From: Verrucomicrobiales bacterium
Lineage (GTDB): Bacteria; Verrucomicrobiota; Verrucomicrobiia; Verrucomicrobiales; V1-33
Direction of reading: 5' to 3'
DNA: 64,000 nucleotides
Assembly: GCA_031411295.1 (NCBI GenBank)
Contig: JANOAV010000212.1
Location: 1 to 64,000 of the forward strand
The translations under genes were made by a program, and so were the position numbers. Each line of letters opens with the position of its first letter. Position 1 is the first letter of the stretch. This document shows, one piece after another, positions 27,734-37,904 of the stretch. A model generated the notes under the pieces. It made no database searches. It had not been told where the DNA came from and saw only the letters and a list, made by a program, of their open reading frames with translations.

Positions 27734-29182
27734 CTACTTCTTCTCGCCCTCAGGCGTGGCTTCGGGTGTCTTGATTTCGACTTTGGGCGTCGGTTCCGCT
27801 GGCTTCACCTCCACTGCTGGCTTGGCATCGGCCGAGGGCTTGATGTCCACGCTGATGGGAGGAGTGGTGGCGGTTATTGGCTCGCGTTTTGGAGTTGCGG
27901 TGGGGGCTGCGGGGGGCGCTACTGGAGGCGTGGCATGACCATCCGGGGTGGCTCCGGGGGTTGGAGCGGCACCTTCAGCAGGCTTTTCTTTCATTAACTC
28001 AGCACGGTTTTTGAGCAGTGGCTCGACCACGGATTTGGGCATGATGTAGATCTTCCCCGCCAGGGCTTTTTCCTTGGCCAGTTTTTCTTTACCCTTGGTG
28101 ATGTCATCGGTGAATTTCTTCTCCGCCTCTTCCCGGGCTTTCTTCTTCTCGTCTTCCGTGCGCTTGTCGTCAGGAATTGCCGCAGGTTCCGGCATTTTCT
28201 CAGGGAAGCTGGCTTCGACTTCGTAGGTGGCATAGTATTCGTCACTGGCCCCGGCGTTAGGATCTGCGCCAGCGGCCTTCTCCACTGGGTTGCCGACTTT
28301 GATGGTGTATTTAAAGCCATCGAAGGTCTCCACCACGGCGGTGCGGGCTGGGGTTTCCAGACCGGCCTTGGCTTTGGCCTCTCCAGTAGCAACGTCCGTG
28401 AAGGACGGGGAGGAGAAAATATTGGCCCCATTGCCGGCCTTGTTGGGATCGAAATCTTCGCCTGCCTGGGCATCTTTGAGCTTCAGTTCGTTGACGTCCG
28501 TTCCTTCTTTCTCGCGGAAGACCACCCAACCCTCTTCAGGCTTGACGCTGGTGAGCGCGACGGACTTCGGTTTCTCCACTTTGACGAAGTTCATCTTGTC
28601 CAGCCAATCCTTGTTGGTGATCGTGTTCATGAAATAGTCGAAGGCTTCTTTGATGACGTAAACCTTGTCCTTCACGGTGTCGTCCTTCACGTATTGGGGC
28701 TGCGAATTGGACATCCCACCCATGCCTGCCGCGTTGGTGGCATTTTTGCCAATGAGGAAGCTGGCAAGCACGGCTCCATCACCCTTCTTGAAAGTGACGG
28801 AGGTGCCAGTCTCATCTTCCTTCCCACCGGTTCCAGGTTTCTGGAGTTTGAAGCGGCTGAGGTATTTCTCAGAGACATCCGTTTTCACATCGGATGCTTC
28901 CATGATGACCGCCTTGGTCACGAGTTTGCTGATGTTGTCGGAATTGGCCGGGAAACCTTCCCGGGCTGCCACGACCCATTTGCCGTCTTTGATTTCCAAG
29001 GTGACTTCTTCTTTGCCTGCGTTCAGCACGATGGCGGCTACTTCTTCGGGCTTGACGTTTTCGAAGATTTTCTTGCCGACGGCTTCGTCTTGGGCATCAC
29101 CTTCGATGCCCTTGTTCTTGAGGACGGCAACGATGGCGACGGCTAGGACCGCAATTAGAATGAGGAGTTGTTTCAGTTTCAT
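27734..29182 (-). CDS. DUF4340 domain protein
   Basis: N-terminal anchor, W.V...GFPA motif and Pro/Ala-rich tail. Last gene of a GldA/F/G-like operon. Confidence 0.8.
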   Translation of the reverse strand: MKLKQLLILIAVLAVAIVAVLKNKGIEGDAQDEAVGKKIFENVKPEEVAAIVLNAGKEEVTLEIKDGKWVVAAREGFPANSDNISKLVTKAVIMEASDVKTDVSEKYLSRFKLQKPGTGGKEDETGTSVTFKKGDGAVLASFLIGKNATNAAGMGGMSNSQPQYVKDDTVKDKVYVIKEAFDYFMNTITNKDWLDKMNFVKVEKPKSVALTSVKPEEGWVVFREKEGTDVNELKLKDAQAGEDFDPNKAGNGANIFSSPSFTDVATGEAKAKAGLETPARTAVVETFDGFKYTIKVGNPVEKAAGADPNAGASDEYYATYEVEASFPEKMPEPAAIPDDKRTEDEKKKAREEAEKKFTDDITKGKEKLAKEKALAGKIYIMPKSVVEPLLKNRAELMKEKPAEGAAPTPGATPDGHATPPVAPPAAPTATPKREPITATTPPISVDIKPSADAKPAVEVKPAEPTPKVEIKTPEATPEGEKK

Positions 29183-29222
29183 ACAGATCGAGTAAGTTTG
29201 CTGGAGGTGATGAAAATATAGT

Positions 29223-31748
29223 TTAGCGGGCGGCAGTCTTGCTCTTCATGAAGAGCACGATGCCGAAGCCCAGAAAGATGGTTAAGATCGGCACTCCGAG
29301 GATGTTCCAAGCTTGGTAGGTCTTGAATTTTCCTTCGATGTTCTTGCGGAATTCTTTGCGCAGCTCGCGTTTTTTGGCTTCGCCTTCTTCGACCTTTTTG
29401 TTCAGTTCTTCCAGCTGGCGTTGATCCACCATGATGAAAGGGCTGTTGCCTTGCTTCTTACCGGCGGCGGCGGTGATTTCGGCTTTCCATTTGGCGATTT
29501 CCTCGTCCACTTTCTTTTGCTCATCCCGCAGACCTTTGTTGGTCTGCTCCAGGATTTCATTCAGCTTGGTGAAGGGGCGGGAAGCGGAGGAACGGCTGCG
29601 CGCTTGAATCAGGCCGCCGTTGCCAGCCAGATCGTCGATGATGTTCATGACGAAAGGAATGTTGGAATTCGCAGGCTCGGCCAGAGGGCCGCGGTCGCGC
29701 TCCAAGCTGACGGGATCGTAGAGCAAGTCAGCATCCGCCACGAGGTAAACGGTGCCTTCTTTCTCCGCCACGGTAAGGGAGGGAACCTTGGGTTTGGCTG
29801 GAGGTGCCGGGGGGGCAGGAGGCGCGCCCGGAGCCGGGGCTCCTGCCGGAGGTGCTGCGGGGACGATTGGAGCCGGAGCTACGGCTGCACTTGGGTCTGG
29901 GGTGCTGACCGGTGGAGTGACCGCAGTTGGTGGTGTGGCTGGAGCAGCAGGTGCTGGAGCAACTGGAACTGGGGCCGCAGGAGCCGCAGGAGCTGGCGCA
30001 GCCGGGGCAGCATCAGCAGGAGCGGCTGGGGCAGCGGCACCTGGAGTGCCTGGGTCGCCTTGAGGTCCGCCGAAGTTAAAGGGCATTCCACCCATGCCAG
30101 GTTGCTTCGGTGGTGCTGGCGGCGGGGCGTCTGGCTTCCCGGCGGAGAAGGCGGAGGGGAATTTGCCGGAAATCTTCACGGCCAACATGCGCTTTTGGTC
30201 GCTGGTAACGAAGCTGTTTTTGATCTTGTCGATCTGGCGGCGGTCCATGTTATCGGTGCTGACCAATTGATTTTGAGCGGAGGTCTCGATCAAGATCTCC
30301 TCAGTCAGGCCAAATCCAGCCTTGCCCGAGAAGCCCCCCGCAAAGGCGAAGACGAAATCATTCAGGCCCTTGGTGATGTCGCTCTTCTTGCTGATGGCAG
30401 AGGTTGGCGGGGTGATGATGAGCGGGTTGTTGCCAAACATTGGAGCGGCGTAATTTACGTCAGCCACGGACTTGGTTTGGTCGAACGTCAGGCCCCATGC
30501 GGAGATCAGTTTGTCCAAGTTGGAGAAGGTCGGCGTGGTCGGAGGGCGGCCACCCATCATCATGGGGTTTTGCTGCTGGCGGCTGGACTCGACGGCTTGG
30601 ATGTTGTAGCTGTCCACCATGGCGAGCACTTTGCCACCTTTGAGGATGAATTGATCAATGGCCCACTGGGCTTCATCGCTGATGCCAGCTGGGTGGACGA
30701 CGACGAGGACGTCGATGCCTTTGCTCACCTTGATCGTGGCGTGGGTGTCGTCGCTCTTGGTGTAGGTGTAGGCGAACCCTTCGGTCTTGCCGTTGGTCAA
30801 CTGGGATCCAGTGGAGGGGCCGGAGAAGGTAAGTTCACTCACGGAACCGCCTTCTTTAACTTGGTATTTGGTCAGTTCGATTTTCTCTGGAGCTTTGCCG
30901 CTTTCTTTCATGTCGGCTCCAGGGATGGTGAAGGTTCCGCTGCCCTTGGTGCCGGGAGTTCCGTTCTTGGTTTCCTGACGGGTAAACTCGCTTTTAGCGA
31001 AGTCCAGGCTGTATTCACTATACTCGTTGGTTTTGATCTCGCTGGAGTTGACATCCACTTTGACGACATCGTAGTCCTCGGACAATTCGCGATAGAAGAA
31101 GGAAGCAGGGGCTCCTCCCATCATGGCCATCTGGCCACCGTCAAGTTCCAGCGCGCTCATGAGGCCAACGGTTTTCCGGGAACCGGGAATGACGCGGGAA
31201 ATGGCGCGGATGAGTTTGTATTCCATCATGGGCGCGTCGATCGCTGGCACGAAGGGAATGGTGGAGGTCTTATCCAGACAGGTGGCGGCCACCCCGAAGA
31301 AGACGTTTTCGCCATTGCCTACTTGCTGCGGATTGATGCCGGATTGCTTGGCGGAGTCCTCATCATCGGTGTCGGTGCGGGGACGGGCGATTTCGATTTT
31401 AAGGTTCTTGCCAGCGAAGCCTTTGAAGACTTCGAGACGGCTTTTCAACTCACGGAGCATGACCAGCCAGTTTTGATTCTGGCTCGGGATGTCTTCATCT
31501 GGGGAAACGAATAATTTCACCGTGACGGGAACATCGCTGTTCTTGAGGTCTTTGAGGACGCCCTTGGTCCCTTCGGACAAGGTGTGAACTTTGTTCTCGG
31601 TGAAGTCCGCTTGGGAGTTGGTCAGGCTGGAAAACCAGTTCACTACGAACAGGAGGACAAACATGACGATAACGCCCAAGGAGCTGTAGAGCACCAATGA
31701 GGACGAGGAGGATTTCGGGGCGGGAGGGGTTTTGGGATCTGCGTTCAT
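29223..31748 (-). CDS. GldG-family ABC auxiliary protein
   Basis: D.TENK..TLS.GT, IDQFILKGG, LVADADLL and N..F..N.ID.L. TM helices at both ends and a long Pro/Ala insert. Confidence 0.88.
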   Translation of the reverse strand: MNADPKTPPAPKSSSSSLVLYSSLGVIVMFVLLFVVNWFSSLTNSQADFTENKVHTLSEGTKGVLKDLKNSDVPVTVKLFVSPDEDIPSQNQNWLVMLRELKSRLEVFKGFAGKNLKIEIARPRTDTDDEDSAKQSGINPQQVGNGENVFFGVAATCLDKTSTIPFVPAIDAPMMEYKLIRAISRVIPGSRKTVGLMSALELDGGQMAMMGGAPASFFYRELSEDYDVVKVDVNSSEIKTNEYSEYSLDFAKSEFTRQETKNGTPGTKGSGTFTIPGADMKESGKAPEKIELTKYQVKEGGSVSELTFSGPSTGSQLTNGKTEGFAYTYTKSDDTHATIKVSKGIDVLVVVHPAGISDEAQWAIDQFILKGGKVLAMVDSYNIQAVESSRQQQNPMMMGGRPPTTPTFSNLDKLISAWGLTFDQTKSVADVNYAAPMFGNNPLIITPPTSAISKKSDITKGLNDFVFAFAGGFSGKAGFGLTEEILIETSAQNQLVSTDNMDRRQIDKIKNSFVTSDQKRMLAVKISGKFPSAFSAGKPDAPPPAPPKQPGMGGMPFNFGGPQGDPGTPGAAAPAAPADAAPAAPAPAAPAAPVPVAPAPAAPATPPTAVTPPVSTPDPSAAVAPAPIVPAAPPAGAPAPGAPPAPPAPPAKPKVPSLTVAEKEGTVYLVADADLLYDPVSLERDRGPLAEPANSNIPFVMNIIDDLAGNGGLIQARSRSSASRPFTKLNEILEQTNKGLRDEQKKVDEEIAKWKAEITAAAGKKQGNSPFIMVDQRQLEELNKKVEEGEAKKRELRKEFRKNIEGKFKTYQAWNILGVPILTIFLGFGIVLFMKSKTAAR

Positions 31749-31786
31749 AAGTTGGAGGAGCAGAAGTTTCTATGGGATAAAAGGAA

Positions 31787-32515
31787 TTAAGAACGTTTCG
31801 AGCGAATCACCACACTGGTGAGGAAGAGGCTGAAACCAATAATGGAGAGGAAGAAAACCAAACTTTGCAGCTTGAAGAGGCCCTGACCGAGGAGATTGGA
31901 GTGATACAAGTAGCTGGAAAGCTGCAGCGGCTTGCCCAAGGCGGATCCCAGGAAGTCCTGGATGGGACCGAAACCCGCCAGGACCAGCAAGAGATTGACC
32001 GAGAAGGCGATAATCAAACAAGCCACTTGGCTGCGGGTCAGCGCGGAAATGGCGCAGGTAATGGCCAGGGACGAGGCTCCCACGAGGAAGCTGCCGAGGT
32101 AACCACTCAGGATCAGGCCATTGTCAGGCTCGCCCAGCATGTGCACCGTGATTACCATACTGAAGGTTAGGGCCAGAGCGCCAAACAAGATGGTGCAGGC
32201 GGCTAGGAATTTACCCACGATTACTTCCCAGACATGTATTGGGAAAGTGAGGAGCAGTTCCATGGTGCCGAGGCGTTGCTCCTCGGACCACAAACGCATC
32301 CCCAAGGCCGGGCCGATGAGCATGTAGAACCAGGGATGCCATTGGAAGAAGTCCACCAGGGAGGCGTCTCCTTTCTTCAGGAAGTTGGAGAAGAGGAAGC
32401 CAAATGCCATGCTCAAGGCCACGAAGATGGCCATGAAAACGTAGGCCATGGGGCTGGTGAGGTAACCGTAGGCCTCGCGTTTAAAGACGGTAAAGATATT
32501 TTTCAGGGATCGCAT
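31787..32515 (-). CDS. GldF-like ABC-2 permease
   Basis: KRE...Y..SP.AY, MRLWSEEQRLGTMELLLT.P and GKFLA. Confidence 0.92.
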   Translation of the reverse strand: MRSLKNIFTVFKREAYGYLTSPMAYVFMAIFVALSMAFGFLFSNFLKKGDASLVDFFQWHPWFYMLIGPALGMRLWSEEQRLGTMELLLTFPIHVWEVIVGKFLAACTILFGALALTFSMVITVHMLGEPDNGLILSGYLGSFLVGASSLAITCAISALTRSQVACLIIAFSVNLLLVLAGFGPIQDFLGSALGKPLQLSSYLYHSNLLGQGLFKLQSLVFFLSIIGFSLFLTSVVIRSKRS

Positions 32516-32565
32516 TTTAGGAAAATGGAAAAGTGGAGAGTAAGGTAGTGAGAGTAGTGAGGTAG

Positions 32566-33513
32566 TTAGACTTTCACTTGCGCGGTGATTTCACGGAACA
32601 TTTCGTCCAGACGTCCGTCGTCCACGTGGAGTTCTCCCAACTGCCAATTCCGGTTCTTGCAGAGGTCGAAGATCTGGTTGGCAATTTCGTTGCGGCCTTT
32701 GGCTTTCGGATAAACCAAACCTTGGAAGCCAGCGGCGGTTTCGTTGTCGGTCTCAATGTTTCCGACAGCGGAGAGCAGCCCCAGATCGCCCCGGATGCTG
32801 TTGCCAGCGGCTCCAGAAATTTTCACCCGCACACTGCCAGCGCGCTTGGCGCGGCCTTTGAGTTCATCCGGCGTGCCATCGGCCACCACGCGACCTTGGT
32901 CGATGATGATGGCGCGGGTGCAGACGGCCTCTACTTCTTCGAGGATGTGGGTGGAGAAAATGATGCACTTATCCGTCCCCATGCGCTTGATGAGCTGCCG
33001 CACTTCATGTTTTTGGTTTGGATCCAGACCGTCCGTGGGTTCATCCAGAATCAGGATATCCGGATCGTGCAGCAGGCTCTGGGCCAGACAGGTGCGGTGG
33101 CGGTAGCCTTTAGAAAGCGTATCGAGCGATTGGTTGGCCACCTTTTCCAGGAAACAAGTGTGGATCGCTTTCTCTACCGCTTCTTTTTTGGCGGCTCCGC
33201 TGATACCACGCAACGCTGCGGTGTAAGCCAGGAATCCGCTGACGCTGAGGTCGGTGTAGAGCGGAGCATTTTCTGGCAGATAACCGATCTTCGCCTTCGC
33301 TTCGACTGGATTATCCAGCATGGAAATTCCCGCTACGCTGATGGAGCCTTCGGTTGGTGGATAGAAGCCCGTGACCATGCGCATGGTGGTGGATTTGCCA
33401 GCCCCATTGGGCCCCAGGAAGCCCAGGACTTCGCCTTTGGTAACGGAGAACGACAGGTTGTTAACAGCCACTTTCGGGCCGAATCGTTTGGTAAGGTTTC
33501 TTACTTCGATCAT
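32566..33513 (-). CDS. GldA-like ABC ATPase
   Basis: GPNGAGKSTT, GYLPE, LSKGYRHR, LILDEPTDGLDPNQ and STHIL.EVE. Confidence 0.93.
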   Translation of the reverse strand: MIEVRNLTKRFGPKVAVNNLSFSVTKGEVLGFLGPNGAGKSTTMRMVTGFYPPTEGSISVAGISMLDNPVEAKAKIGYLPENAPLYTDLSVSGFLAYTAALRGISGAAKKEAVEKAIHTCFLEKVANQSLDTLSKGYRHRTCLAQSLLHDPDILILDEPTDGLDPNQKHEVRQLIKRMGTDKCIIFSTHILEEVEAVCTRAIIIDQGRVVADGTPDELKGRAKRAGSVRVKISGAAGNSIRGDLGLLSAVGNIETDNETAAGFQGLVYPKAKGRNEIANQIFDLCKNRNWQLGELHVDDGRLDEMFREITAQVKV

Positions 33514-33709
33514 AATGGTTATTAAAGGAGGAGTTGAAAGATGAACCTTCGGATGCGGGCACAGCGGCACCAAGCGTCTGGCAGGTTCGGAATCAGGGGC
33601 GCTATTGGTGACAGCCTTTGTCTAAATTTCAAAGAAAATTGTCACTGGATTGCACGCTCTTCATCTTTGGGCGTTTCCAAGCCCTAATTCCCAGCCCAAT
33701 CGAAGGTAT

Positions 33710-33952
33710 CTACTTGCTCGGAGCCATGAAGAAGATCAAATAAACCGCCAAGCCCACCAGCGCCAGCAAGAGCATGGCCCAGCGGAAGATAACGCGATCC
33801 CGCTCGGCTTCGGCAGCGTATGGATTGTTCTCCTTGGACCGGCGTTCGCGCACGGCTCCCGCGTGGGAGGCACGCCATTTGACGTCCAGCGGTTCTTTCG
33901 CGGTGGGCTTGCTGGTATTGGGACGGTCCCAGTTGGAGAAATCGTTAGCCAT
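33710..33952 (-). CDS. small single-TM membrane protein
   Basis: 80 aa with a C-terminal hydrophobic helix. Confidence 0.55.
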   Translation of the reverse strand: MANDFSNWDRPNTSKPTAKEPLDVKWRASHAGAVRERRSKENNPYAAEAERDRVIFRWAMLLLALVGLAVYLIFFMAPSK

Positions 33953-34044
33953 GGTGATTCGGGGCAAAAACTAATTAGTGATGCGGCATAGAACGCCTTT
34001 GTGACGGGAATGTCAATCTTGCCGCGTGCCCCGCGTGTAAATTT

Positions 34045-35259
34045 TCACGCCCCCAGACGGGTGCGCGCTTTGGCATACCCATGGAGAATCCGTTGCCGAA
34101 AATGATCCCACGTGAACTGATCGATCATCCGCTGCCGACCCGCCGCGCCCATGCGCACCAGTTCTGCGGGGCTATCATAGAAGGCCCGGATGGCGTCCGC
34201 CAGAGCATCCGGATCATTGGGCGGAATAATTTTCCCGTTCACACCATCCACCACTGCATCCCCACTGGCACGGGTCGTAATCTGCGCCAAGCCCGCCGCG
34301 GCGGCTTCAAAGGTGGACTTGGCGGCTCCTTCCAGTTCGCTGGGAAAGACAAACGCACTGGCCGTCGCGAGTTGGGCCGGCACGTTCTGCACAAAGCCCG
34401 CCAGCTTGATGCTGGGGGCGTTGCATTCTCGCAGCACCGGCTCGATTTCTGGATGCAGCGTCCCCACTAATAAGAGTTCAGCATCGGGCAAATTCAATTT
34501 CTGCCACGCGCGGAGTAGGTGATGCACGCCCTTCCGTTCAATGAGCGCCCCCACGAAGATGAGTCGAAACAACGGCGGTGGGTTGTGCGGCTGAAAGGCT
34601 GCCGGATTCACCCCACGCGCCACGTAATGTAATTTCTCCGCCGGGATTCCCGCTTCGAGAAACGTCTCCGCCGCCCGCGTGGAAGGCATGAAGAGCACGT
34701 CCGCCAGTTCATACTCCAGCAAATTACGCTGCCGACTGGGCACCAGTTTTGCTTTCCAGGTGCCACCACCCTGATCGTGAGTCTCCCGCTCGCTGCGGGA
34801 GAAAAATCCTTTTTGCGCGCCCTTGTTCCGATGCCACGTGGGAATGTCCAACACACTCGGCACCTTCAGTTGGCGGGCCGCCACCAGCGTGCGCAGGGCA
34901 TCGCCCGACCAGCCATGGAAGCCATCGTAATTCCCGTGCCGCAACTCCCGCTCGGCCACCCAATCCACGTAATGTTTCTTGGCACCATAATAATACTCAC
35001 TATCCAACCACGACAGCGCCCGCACCGGATGCCATGCCAGGCTGCGCACCAGTTGGGCGGGAATTTCCTCCTGCTGATTGGCAAATGCCACCACCTTCCC
35101 TAACCGACCTTCCCGATAGGATGCCCTTGCCCCTTCCAGCGAGGACACGTCCAACCCCGACCCACCCAAGCGCGCACTGGTGGTATAGAGCAACCGTTGC
35201 GGCAGCAAAGCCGCCGCCGGAGGAGAGTTGGGAAAATCTGTGAAAGCAGGATCGAGCAC
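34045..35259 (-). CDS. GT4 family glycosyltransferase
   Basis: FVG....RKG, FVFPS..EG.....EA.A.GL and G.NG..IPP.D..ALA. Start codon uncertain. Confidence 0.9.
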   Translation of the reverse strand: MLDPAFTDFPNSPPAAALLPQRLLYTTSARLGGSGLDVSSLEGARASYREGRLGKVVAFANQQEEIPAQLVRSLAWHPVRALSWLDSEYYYGAKKHYVDWVAERELRHGNYDGFHGWSGDALRTLVAARQLKVPSVLDIPTWHRNKGAQKGFFSRSERETHDQGGGTWKAKLVPSRQRNLLEYELADVLFMPSTRAAETFLEAGIPAEKLHYVARGVNPAAFQPHNPPPLFRLIFVGALIERKGVHHLLRAWQKLNLPDAELLLVGTLHPEIEPVLRECNAPSIKLAGFVQNVPAQLATASAFVFPSELEGAAKSTFEAAAAGLAQITTRASGDAVVDGVNGKIIPPNDPDALADAIRAFYDSPAELVRMGAAGRQRMIDQFTWDHFRQRILHGYAKARTRLGA

Positions 35260-35462
35260 GTGGAAGAGAGAATCTGTGCTGCATGATGCCCAGTCCCCGG
35301 CCCTCGTCCAGCAAGAAAGCACGGTAGGGTTAGCGGTGGGCACGGCGGATGTTGGCACTGTGTTGGTTGGGCGGGTTTTCCCAGATCCGTGATTTACTTG
35401 ATTGCGGCCGGCCGCTAATTCCTGTATTTCACTCCCTTCTTGCACGCGAACCCACACTCATC

Positions 35463-36299
35463 ATGACACCCTCTTCCTACGTCAAAGAACGTCAAAAACT
35501 CTGGGCACTGAGGCAGAGACGACCGTTCGACCTGCATGGCTGCTGTGCGACTAGCAATGAGAACCTCTTGGAACCATTATCAGACAACGCAATCCGACAA
35601 TTCAATGCGGCAGATGGCGGTGAATTGTCTCCACGGGGGAACGCGCCACCGAAGATGCACTCGTTGCATTCGTCGAGCGCGCTGGCCGTTAACGTCTTTC
35701 ATTTCTGGAGCCATCGGGACCAAACTCCGCTGGCAAAGGCCTTGGGAATCCCATCGCAACGGATTCAGTCGGTGGATTTTGAGAAGCTTTCACCCATTGC
35801 TCCCGACATTGACCGGAAAAAATTTCCGAAGGATCCAAACATTGACGTTGTGATCAATTACGAGAGTGGTCCGTTCCGTGAAGTGGGGATTGAGAGCAAA
35901 TTCTCCGAGGCCTACGGACAGCACGCCGGACTAAAAGACGCTTACCTCCAGGAAGAGTCCCTCTGGGAAGGAATCCCAAACTGCCGCCAATTTGCGGAAC
36001 GACTCCGGGAACCAGCAAAAGTTCACGGGCTGAACACACCGCAATTGTTGAAGCATCTGCTGGGACTGAAGCACCGTGCAGGAATCGGAAATTTCTGGTT
36101 GGTCTATTTATGGTATGCCACCCCGGGGAGCGAGTTAGGTGAGCATTTCACCCAACTTGAAGAGTTCAAGGAGATCCTAGCCCAAGATGGAATTCGGTTC
36201 CATTTCAGAACCTATCAAGAAGTGATCTGCAACCTAGCCGGGACCGTGCGCTCAGACCACCAAGGCTACGTTGATTATCTGGTGGAACGCTATCTTTGA
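35463..36299 (+). CDS. PGN_0703-like putative restriction endonuclease (PD-(D/E)xK)
   Basis: ADGGEL, KMHSLHSSSALAVNVF, FEK, PNIDV...IESKFSE and QLLKH.LG. Confidence 0.8.
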   Translation: MTPSSYVKERQKLWALRQRRPFDLHGCCATSNENLLEPLSDNAIRQFNAADGGELSPRGNAPPKMHSLHSSSALAVNVFHFWSHRDQTPLAKALGIPSQRIQSVDFEKLSPIAPDIDRKKFPKDPNIDVVINYESGPFREVGIESKFSEAYGQHAGLKDAYLQEESLWEGIPNCRQFAERLREPAKVHGLNTPQLLKHLLGLKHRAGIGNFWLVYLWYATPGSELGEHFTQLEEFKEILAQDGIRFHFRTYQEVICNLAGTVRSDHQGYVDYLVERYL

Positions 36300-37066
36300 A
36301 TGCAAGACGGGCCTGACTTAATATACTGTGGCCCCGGACCCGCTTCCACGACTTGTCGCGGAGTCACCAGATCCAGCACGCCATGGCGATGAACGGCTTG
36401 CAGTGGATAGCCCGCATAATGATAGGCTGCGATGACGAGGGTGGCGCAACTGAAGGACTTGGCGATGTCTGATCGGGTGTTGGGCCGCAGCCCCTTGTTG
36501 TATAGTCCAAGCACGGCGGTGAAATCATATTTGGCAGCAGGGAGATCGTCCTGGCCGGTGGTGATACGGGTAAACTCCGCCAGCTTGGCGAGATCCACGC
36601 GGCCCGCCTGGGGCCGGAAGAGCAGCCAGGATTTGTCCGTGAGATACGCTTGGTCATCCTTGGCATTGGCAGCCTGGCCGAGCGCAATTTGCAGGAGGTT
36701 CCAATGCTCCCCTGCGATTCCAGGAGTGACCAAGGCCAGGTGTCCGTAGCGGAAGAGTTCGTAGGGGATTTTCTGGATGGTGCCTTGTTTTAGGTAGCCT
36801 TGGGCTTCGGCGTGACTCATGTGAAAACAGATCAGATCGCCCGGGCGCACGAGGGCGATGACCTCGACAGCCTCGGGTTTGCCGGGCGCATAGCGGGCGA
36901 TTTCGGTGAAGGCTGCGCACTCGGCTTTGGGTGGCGATTCCGTCCAGCGGAAAGGGATTCGCCCGCTATGCAGCGGTGCCGTGGACGATTGGCCAGCGCA
37001 GGATGCCAGCGTGAGACCAACCATCAAGAGGGCAGCAAATTTAGATGAGGGCCGGATTGATTTCAT
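36290..37066 (-). CDS. lipoprotein, permuted NlpC/P60 (YiiX/YaeF/LRAT-like) papain-fold enzyme
   Basis: Lipobox LASC, RPGDLI.F, YGHLALV (His), YDF, then FSCATLV..AY (Cys) and VTP. Confidence 0.8.
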   Translation of the reverse strand: MKSIRPSSKFAALLMVGLTLASCAGQSSTAPLHSGRIPFRWTESPPKAECAAFTEIARYAPGKPEAVEVIALVRPGDLICFHMSHAEAQGYLKQGTIQKIPYELFRYGHLALVTPGIAGEHWNLLQIALGQAANAKDDQAYLTDKSWLLFRPQAGRVDLAKLAEFTRITTGQDDLPAAKYDFTAVLGLYNKGLRPNTRSDIAKSFSCATLVIAAYHYAGYPLQAVHRHGVLDLVTPRQVVEAGPGPQYIKSGPSCIQR

Positions 37067-37904
37067 GAGCGATGGATTTGGTGGAGATGAGTCCAGCGGG
37101 GAGCCAGCGGGGATCGAAGGTGAAGCGGTGAATCATGAGCATGCCACAGGTGAGGTCAGCGAAATCAATCAGCAACAGAATGCCAAGATGAAGGCCAACC
37201 ATGGCAAACCAGGCCCATTTTCTGGTGCGCGGATGCAGACAGCACGGGAGGAATGCTAACTCCGCCGCCAGGCTGCCCCACGTGAGGGATTTCAAAATTA
37301 AGTCCGGCAGCGCCAGGGTCAGGCCACGCAATGGGGAATGGCGCGCCAGGGGATTTTCCAACAGTCTGGCGATCGCAGTGCCATCGATCCAACTGGGGCT
37401 GCCCAGTTTAGTTATTCCGCCGAACAAATAACCAACTGCCAACAGCGTCCAGGCGCACACCAAGACCATTTGCGGCAGTTGCCAGTGAGGCGGTGGAGTG
37501 CCTCGGAGTTTCTCGCCCGGAGGAATCAAGGCGCAGAGCACTAGCATAAGCCCAATATACGCCAGCGAGGGATTGGCCGTGAGGTTGTTGCGATGAAACA
37601 GCGCCGTGGCACCAAACCACAAGAGGAGCGAAATGGTGCGACGCGCGAGACCCACGGTGAACCCCAGCGCAAGCACGGTCAGGCTGATGGTCCACGCGAA
37701 GGCCAGAGTGCTGCTGTCCCACCAGACCAGGGGATTGGGGAACAGCCCGTGGAGGGGATTCAAACTGGCATCCGGCAGGACTCCTGTGGAACTAAATAGC
37801 TCGGCGGACCACGGGATCAGCATTCCAAAATGAATCGTTAGGTAAATGCCGAACACGACGCGGAAGCAGGCGAAGCATCGGCTGGAGGCAGGTGAGGAGA
37901 TCAT
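37041..37904 (-). CDS. HTTM-domain membrane protein
   Basis: FR..FG.YL, G...R, W.......RN, Y..GG..KL....W..G.A, TW.....EL and HLGI. Multiple TM helices. Confidence 0.85.
   Translation of the reverse strand: MISSPASSRCFACFRVVFGIYLTIHFGMLIPWSAELFSSTGVLPDASLNPLHGLFPNPLVWWDSSTLAFAWTISLTVLALGFTVGLARRTISLLLWFGATALFHRNNLTANPSLAYIGLMLVLCALIPPGEKLRGTPPPHWQLPQMVLVCAWTLLAVGYLFGGITKLGSPSWIDGTAIARLLENPLARHSPLRGLTLALPDLILKSLTWGSLAAELAFLPCCLHPRTRKWAWFAMVGLHLGILLLIDFADLTCGMLMIHRFTFDPRWLPAGLISTKSIAHEINPALI

Noticed and set aside
29313..31514. 733-aa ORF on the + strand
   Set aside because: Antisense shadow of the GldG-like gene with no recognisable motifs; expected from GC-rich codon bias.
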